A DNA stretch of 64,000 nt from Eledone cirrhosa. Lineage: Eukaryota. Each line of letters starts with the position of its first letter. Position 1 is the first letter of the stretch. The translations under genes were made by a program, and so were the position numbers. Positions 57,756 to 64,000 of the stretch are shown here, in pieces. The notes under the pieces are model-generated. The model saw only the letters and a list, made by a program, of their open reading frames with translations. It ran no database searches and was not told where the DNA came from. The stretch covers positions 12,028,001 through 12,092,000 of the forward strand of contig OZ024743.1 in assembly GCA_964016885.1 (NCBI GenBank). Direction: 5' to 3'.

Positions 57756-59769
57756 GTGAGAGAGAAGAATGAGGAGAGGAAGGAAGCACCCGCTCTTTGT
57801 GCTCCTGAAGAGGAGGGTTGCACATCTTTTCGGGGGTGTGTGCGACCCATGTCAACGCCCCTCCCTATTGAGGACATCGACTGTTAAATTTAATTTGTTA
57901 TATGTTTTTTACACGTCTTTTTAAATGTATGTAAACTCCCCCCTTTGTATTTGTCCCAATCTTTGATGCCCTGGTGGCAAATAAATAGAAATATATATCA
58001 ATTACCACCAAACTCTCCCTCTCTCTATATCTATATCTATCACTCCCATCTCTCTATATATAACATGTACATAAATTGTAGCGTATTTACAAATAGATGT
58101 GTGCTTTGGTAGTTTGGGGAGAAAAATAAAATTATGGGGAGGGGGGCATCCCCCATCCCTCAGCTCCACCACCCTTTTTTGTCCGACCTCTAGTGGGGCA
58201 TCCTAAACTATAACGTCTATGATTTTTTTTTACCGCAAATGCCTTCAGCTTCAAACAAGTAAATATCTCCCAATAAGAAGCCAATGTTCACGATGGAACT
58301 TCTATATTTTCTTGCTTATGAAAGCACACACCTTTGCTGTCACGTATAGAGTTAACAACTAATGCTATTATAGCAATCATATTCAGCATATGGTTATTAT
58401 CTTAGATATCAATATTTGAAATCTAAAACTCAGAACGGCTCTTCTTTAGAGATAACCGTGTGTTTACAATATTTACTCCTTCGGAGAAAACCGTTCGCGA
58501 GAAATATCCCATATTCTTTCACAAAAGCTAACTCAATTCAAAAATTGACACCTCTTAGACTATAGACTATTTTTTCCATATATATATTCCATTTATATTT
58601 CTCCATTGGATGAATTACTTTAGTTTATGCCGTCTTCTCATCAGTTAGATAGATAAGATTATATTATTTCCAGGTCTTCTTAACAGGTAGATAGATATGA
58701 TTATAGTATTTCCATGGTGGAAAATAACTCCCATATGGAACCATTTACTTCATTTTGTCTTTTATATTTAGACCTACATTTCTGGGGCATAAATAAATCA
58801 CAATATTCTGCTACAATTATCTGATGGGCTTGATATCCACGCCGTTCTATCATTCTGTCAGATTTAGATTAAGGATTGTTCAGCTTCCAGTTTTCATGTA
58901 TTGTCATTGATACTGCTGTTGTTGGTAAACAAAAGCCTAATTTCCCCTGCCATAGCAACTGCTTTGCCTACAAGCATTGTCAATTTCCTTGTTAATACTA
59001 TTATTGTCACTCACCGTTTTTATATTATCATTACCAATTTCTTATTTGCTGCTCTGATCCTGATGTTACTACTGCTGTTATTATAAATGTTGTCGTTACT
59101 TTCCATCACATGCACATTTCATGCTGTTTGACGCAGGTATTTTTTTACTTGGGCAGCGAATTGGCAGAGACAGTAGAGTGTTACATTAAATGCCTCAGTA
59201 TTTGTCCCAGCTCTCTTTCAAATCCTTCCGAGCTAAACTTTGCCTTCCATCATTTCGTGATCGATAAATAAAATACCAATCCAGATGTTTTGCAGTATCT
59301 GAACTAACTTTCTGCGATCTGAATTCAAATACGGCCTCCTTCTACAAAGTGTTACGACCGGTAGGTAGATAATATCAGCAATGGAAAGATCAGTTGGCCT
59401 GATATGACGATTGCTTCGTTTCCCTTTTTATTGATTTAGGCAAACACTTTTGAAACAAACGATATTATCTTTCTTGTTCGGAGTAAGATTGATCTCTTCC
59501 TTATTTGAATTGTATCCCCAGAGAAATGTTTCTTGGATAAATTCCTCATGCAAAGAAGCACCGCCTTTTTCAACATATCTCGTTCATATTTGTTTTTCCT
59601 TTGTTAATACTAGCTCATATTCAGGAATCCCTATGTATAAATTATTACATAATAAATGATCTTTCGATATCATTTCGCAAATAGAAAATAAACATATACA
59701 TATACACCAGGTCCGAACACAAAGACACCGAACTTCCACTGTCACCGCCTCCGTCTCTCCCGCTCTCTC

Positions 59770-60065
59770 CATTATGAGGAAATGGGGGCCCACACGCTGG
59801 TCGCCCCGCAGCCCCGGTGGACAGAAGAGAGAAGGTGTTTCCCCAGAGGATGGTGAGGGAGACGCGCTGGAAGAGCCATTCCAGCTCACGAGGCTCACAC
59901 CTACGTATAGCCAATTCTGTCCTGATGATGGTGAGTAGGGAGGTGGCCCTAGGGCCAAGGAAACTAGAAGTCTCCATTGCTACGGGCTCTACTACAAATC
60001 TGTCGGAAAGCGACAGGTATTTGGATTGTTTACAATCCTCGGCTCGAAGTGCAGCAGAGACTGGG
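59770..60065 (-). mobile_element. CRE-like RLE 3' fragment (third copy)
   Basis: ETSSFLGPRATSLL...RCEPRELEWLFQRVSLTILWGN. Confidence 0.8.
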
Positions 60066-60587
60066 CCACAACGTTACCAAAAGATGAAATGATTTTTTAG
60101 TTATTGCTCCTACTTTTTATAGTTTTTGCTTTGGATTCAAATAAATATTTTCAGCACAATTATATTTGTGTTTTCCATTGTGAATCTGTAAATGAATCTG
60201 TAATGCGTGAAGCTTGTTTGTATGTTTAATTTTTACCTTGTATGCTTCTTTTGTTTAGCCTGTTTTATGTTTGCAAACAATTGTTGATTTCTGTACAAAA
60301 TTACTGCTACCACTGTTGTCGTGAGAGTGTTTTATTGTTATATTTGTGGCGGCCAACATGCAATGTGATTAGATATTCCAAATAACGTATAGCACAAATA
60401 TGCATATTTAAATAACAAAGTTTTTTTCACTCCAGGTAACTGTAGCGAATCCTTAATTAATCCGGAATACTTTGTCAATATTCCAGAATGAAAAACAAAA
60501 ACAAATAACATAAATAGTCGTGGTTTAATCCACTTTTTATCTGACACGTCCGTTTGCTTGGTTGTTATTATTATTATTCTCCCGAGT

Positions 60588-61030
60588 GTGGCGGTGGATT
60601 GGCAGTATCGGTAGAGTCGGACGCCATGCTTTGCAGCATAGTTACGTCCCTTTACGGTCTGAGTTCAAATCCCGCCGAGGTTAACTTTGCCTTTCATCCT
60701 TACGGGGGTCGATAAAATAAAGTACCAGTCACGCACTGGGGCCGATTTGATCGACATTCCCCTCCCCCAAAATTGCTGGCCTTGTGCCTATATAAGAAAC
60801 CATTATCATCATTATTATTATTAAGGACGGTGGATTGGCAGTATCGGTAGAGCGTCGGACAACATGCTCTGTGGCATAGAGTTACGGCCCATTACGTTCT
60901 GAGTTCAAATCCCGCCGAGTTTAGCTTTACCTTTCATCCTTACGGGGTCGATAAATAAAGCACAAGTAATGCACTGGGGTCGATTTAATCGACCCCCTTC
61001 AAATTGCTGGCCTTGTGCCTTAAAACAATT
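60588..61030 (+). mobile_element. Two tandem family A SINEs
   Basis: A-box, B-box and central domain as at 18660-19525. Confidence 0.85.
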
Positions 61031-61664
61031 ATAATGATTACTGGTGGTATTTAACATGAGGGAATGTTACTCATCTGCTCCCATTTACCAAACCGGAAAT
61101 ATTGTTGAAGGATAATTGTTTATGTAATACATGTAAACTTTATAGATCATAATCTCATGTAATTAATGTATTACAATGTTCATGGGGGCTGTTTGTCTTT
61201 GTGATGTTTAAACAAACTATCGGGCCACGTTTCACATCAACAGGAAATCGATTCTTGTCCCATACCACAAAAACAAAAAAAGTGTTAATAATAAGGGAAT
61301 ACGTACTTTGACTCTAATACATGTAATATACCAAAATGTGAGCATGCGAAAGACGACATCACAAAAAACTAATAATCTAATACCTGACGAAAATGATTCA
61401 CAATCTAAATACTAGATTCTACTTTACTCCTCGTGTCAAACATAAAAGGCATAATTAAACACTAGAGACATGCTTCTATTTTATATGCATATTTTACAGC
61501 GACACTTTATGCCCATGACGAATATCAATCAATATGATCCTACAAACTTTAACACGGATCTAAACGTAACGTAACAGCTAACACAAAAACATATTCTTAA
61601 AGGAAAGAAAATCTTAAAATTCGAAATAAAACCGCTAAAAGTATAAACCTAAGTAAGTATAAAC

Positions 61665-62095
61665 AATTGTTTCTATTTAGGTACAAGGCCAGTAATTTGA
61701 AGGTGAGTGGAAAGTCGGTTAAATTGACCACAGTCCATTACTGGTACTTTGTTTTAAGGATGACAAGCAAAGCTAACTTCGGCAGGATTTGAACTCAGAA
61801 CGTAAAGGGCCGTAACTCTATGCCGCGATGCATGGTGTCCGGCGCTCTACCGATACTGCCAATCTACCACAATAAATATTGGTTTCTTATATAGGCACAA
61901 GGCCAGCAATTTTGGAAGAGGAGTAAGTCGATTAAATCGACCCCAGTACGTTGCTGGTGCTTTATTTTATCGACCCCGTAAGGATTAAAGGCAAAGTTAA
62001 CCTCGGCGGGATTTGAACTCAGATCATAAAGGGCCGCAACTCTATACTGCAAAGCATGGCATCCGACTCTACCGATACTGCCAATCCACCGCCCT
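61665..62095 (-). mobile_element. Two tandem family A SINEs, opposite orientation to 60588-61030
   Basis: Reverse complement of the same motifs, e.g. GGCGGGATTTGAACTCAG and CCGATACTGCCAATCCACCGCC. Confidence 0.85.
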
Positions 62096-62759
62096 GAGAT
62101 TTTACATAATGAAAGCTATACCTATTTTCACAATAAAAGACATCTCTCACCCACCCAAAAGTGGGTGGAAAATCACCCCGTTCGATGGGGAGAGTTGACA
62201 GATCTATATCTACTATAGGTATATCGAAACTCAAGTAAAAAAAAATAAATAAAAAGTTATTATAAAGGAAATGATAGATAATAATCTGAAATGAAATAAA
62301 CAAGGAAACAACAATGCTGAGAAAAAAGGAGATACAAGTATTACAGAAATATAACAAGGGATGTTTTAAGAGATATTTGAAATCAAAGAACTCCCAGATT
62401 TACAGGACCTCGTAAAAATTGGAAAGAATACTTCATTATGAAAAGCGACAACGATTTGTTTTTCAATTTGAGCCCCCAAATGATTATATCTCGAACTTGA
62501 TTTAAGATAAAATAGAATTAATTGTAACACCAGCAACAAGAGAAGTGGTAGAAATCTATAAGGGGGAGTATGAACAGCGAGGAAATCCCAACGGGCCAAG
62601 ATTTGTCAAAACAATGAACGCAGCATCTGAATAATAGCGCCGAGGTCAGATCCACATAGGATGCTACCCAGATACTTAAAATATAAACAACTAAAATGCA
62701 TCAGAACACATGGTCTTGTGGTTACGGCGTCTTCTTATATGTTGTAGCTAGAGTGGCAG

Positions 62760-63040
62760 ACCGAGACCGGCGAGTCAGACCAAACCGTCATTTGCAGCAT
62801 TATGGATTGTTTCCGGGACGCTGGGAAAACGCCTGAAGAGATACCCATTTCTTTCTGGGGAAGTCAAAGCCGGCTGGTATAGTTGTTGGATCCTGGACGA
62901 GGTCTTGATTGGCAAATTTGGACCCATTCCATGATCTTCGCCACTCTTCCTCCAGATCAAAATTATTACCCCGAAGGGTTTTCAATGATTCCCAGAAGCG
63001 AATATTGGGAAAGTTTTCCAGGTCTTCATGGATGAGAAAA
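62760..63040 (-). mobile_element. Degenerate LINE C-terminal fragment, Ingi/Vingi-like
   Basis: EEWRRSW...LVQDPTTIPAGFDFPRKKWVSL resembles the DPT..PPGFDLPR..W motif recalled from Ingi/Vingi elements. Confidence 0.45.
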
Positions 63041-63044
63041 AGAA

Positions 63045-63290
63045 GGTTACGGCGTTGGACTTATAATCCTAGTGCCGTACGTTCGATTCACTGACAGGGT
63101 GCCGCGCTGTGTTCTTGAGCAAACACTTCATTTCATATTGTTCCAGTACACTCAGTTGCAAATGAGTGCCAGAAATTAACTTAGTTATCCCTGCGATCGA
63201 CCAGGGTCCTCTTCCGAGCCAGAGTAAGTCATGTACTCTCAGTCGCTTAATTGATAAGCACCGGCCTGATGTGTTTCCGGGCTTCAGACA
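63045..63290 (+). mobile_element. Degenerate CORE-like tRNA SINE
   Basis: GGTTACGGCGTTGGAC...GTTCGATTC...GTGTTCTTGAGCAAACACTTCATTTCA. Confidence 0.6.
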
Positions 63291-64000
63291 GACTTTAACT
63301 ATTTTTTAACTATAAAGTACAAGCATAAGATAGTATCAGAGTCAAATACAACAGCTGACTGCTAACTGAGGGGAAATCATCTTAATATCTGATATTGGAA
63401 TAAATATCTGGAAAGGTACCCTGTTACATGAAGAGCAAAAGGAATACTTCAAATGCTTATATGACTATTACAATAAACTGATCAACAAAGTCATATGTGA
63501 AAACTTTAAAATAGAAAAATGTTTGAGTATGATAAGGACTTACTAATAGAAAACTGTTGAATATGCATAGATCATGGAAACTTTAGGCACGAGAAAGGTA
63601 GCACCAATAATAAGCAGATACACCAAGCACATAGTGAGTAAATAGTAAACAATTTTGAATATGAAGGAGATATAGTGATAATATTTTCAATTGGACGCTA
63701 AACTAATTACACAGGAAAATAAGAAAAATAATGACTACATTCAAAGTGCATCGCTCAAGATCTGAGGTTGAGGGATTATATTTACTATGAATAGAAGGAG
63801 ACAGAGTCTTTATGCAACTAGAAAACTATTATAAAGTATTCAAAGGTGACTTTAAGATATATATTTCGTATGTACATATGAACTCATGCATGTGTACACA
63901 CACATTCATATAAGTATATAAACGCATTCTTCTAGTTTACATACCCACTCCATTCTCAAACTACTTAACATCACCTAAGCATTAGCATATTCTCTTCACT

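Larger units (their letters stand above)
52339..57993 (+). mobile_element. Full-length Tx1/L1-clade non-LTR retrotransposon with 11-bp TSD TATATCAATTA (52328-52338 and 57994-58004)
   Basis: ORF1 with CCHC knuckle; ORF2 with APE, RT and C-terminal CCHC; AATAAA just before the 3' TSD. Confidence 0.93.

Overview
Eukaryotic, AT-rich DNA saturated with microsatellites and retroelements. The SINE, LINE and (TA/TACA/CA)n content suggests an octopus-like cephalopod genome (inference). Only one host coding exon is visible: a signal peptide plus short collagen stalk, C1q/CTRP-like, at 49815-50103 on the minus strand. The rest is probably intron or intergenic DNA. It holds non-LTR retrotransposons (near-intact RTE, full-length Tx1/L1 with an 11-bp TSD, R4/Dong-like, CRE-like, CR1-group), two GIY-YIG Penelope-like elements (PLEs), a Helitron fragment and tRNA-derived SINEs. 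The main hidden signal is non-coding: about 25 hammerhead ribozyme (HHR) motifs in at least seven sequence families, read by eye. The centrepiece is a 5-kb array (42045-47060) of ~500-bp non-coding monomers, each carrying one minimal type I HHR with a palindromic stem III. The monomers alternate A/B (a dimer), and the array has a 5' inverted segment like a PLE insertion. It looks like a retrozyme-like, circular-RNA-derived element. Its dispersed copies show compensatory base changes in the ribozyme. A second ~539-bp HHR monomer family and several fold-back HHR palindromes inserted in (TA)n point to a set of PLE-mobilised ribozyme elements. All structures were read manually, and element boundaries are approximate unless stated.
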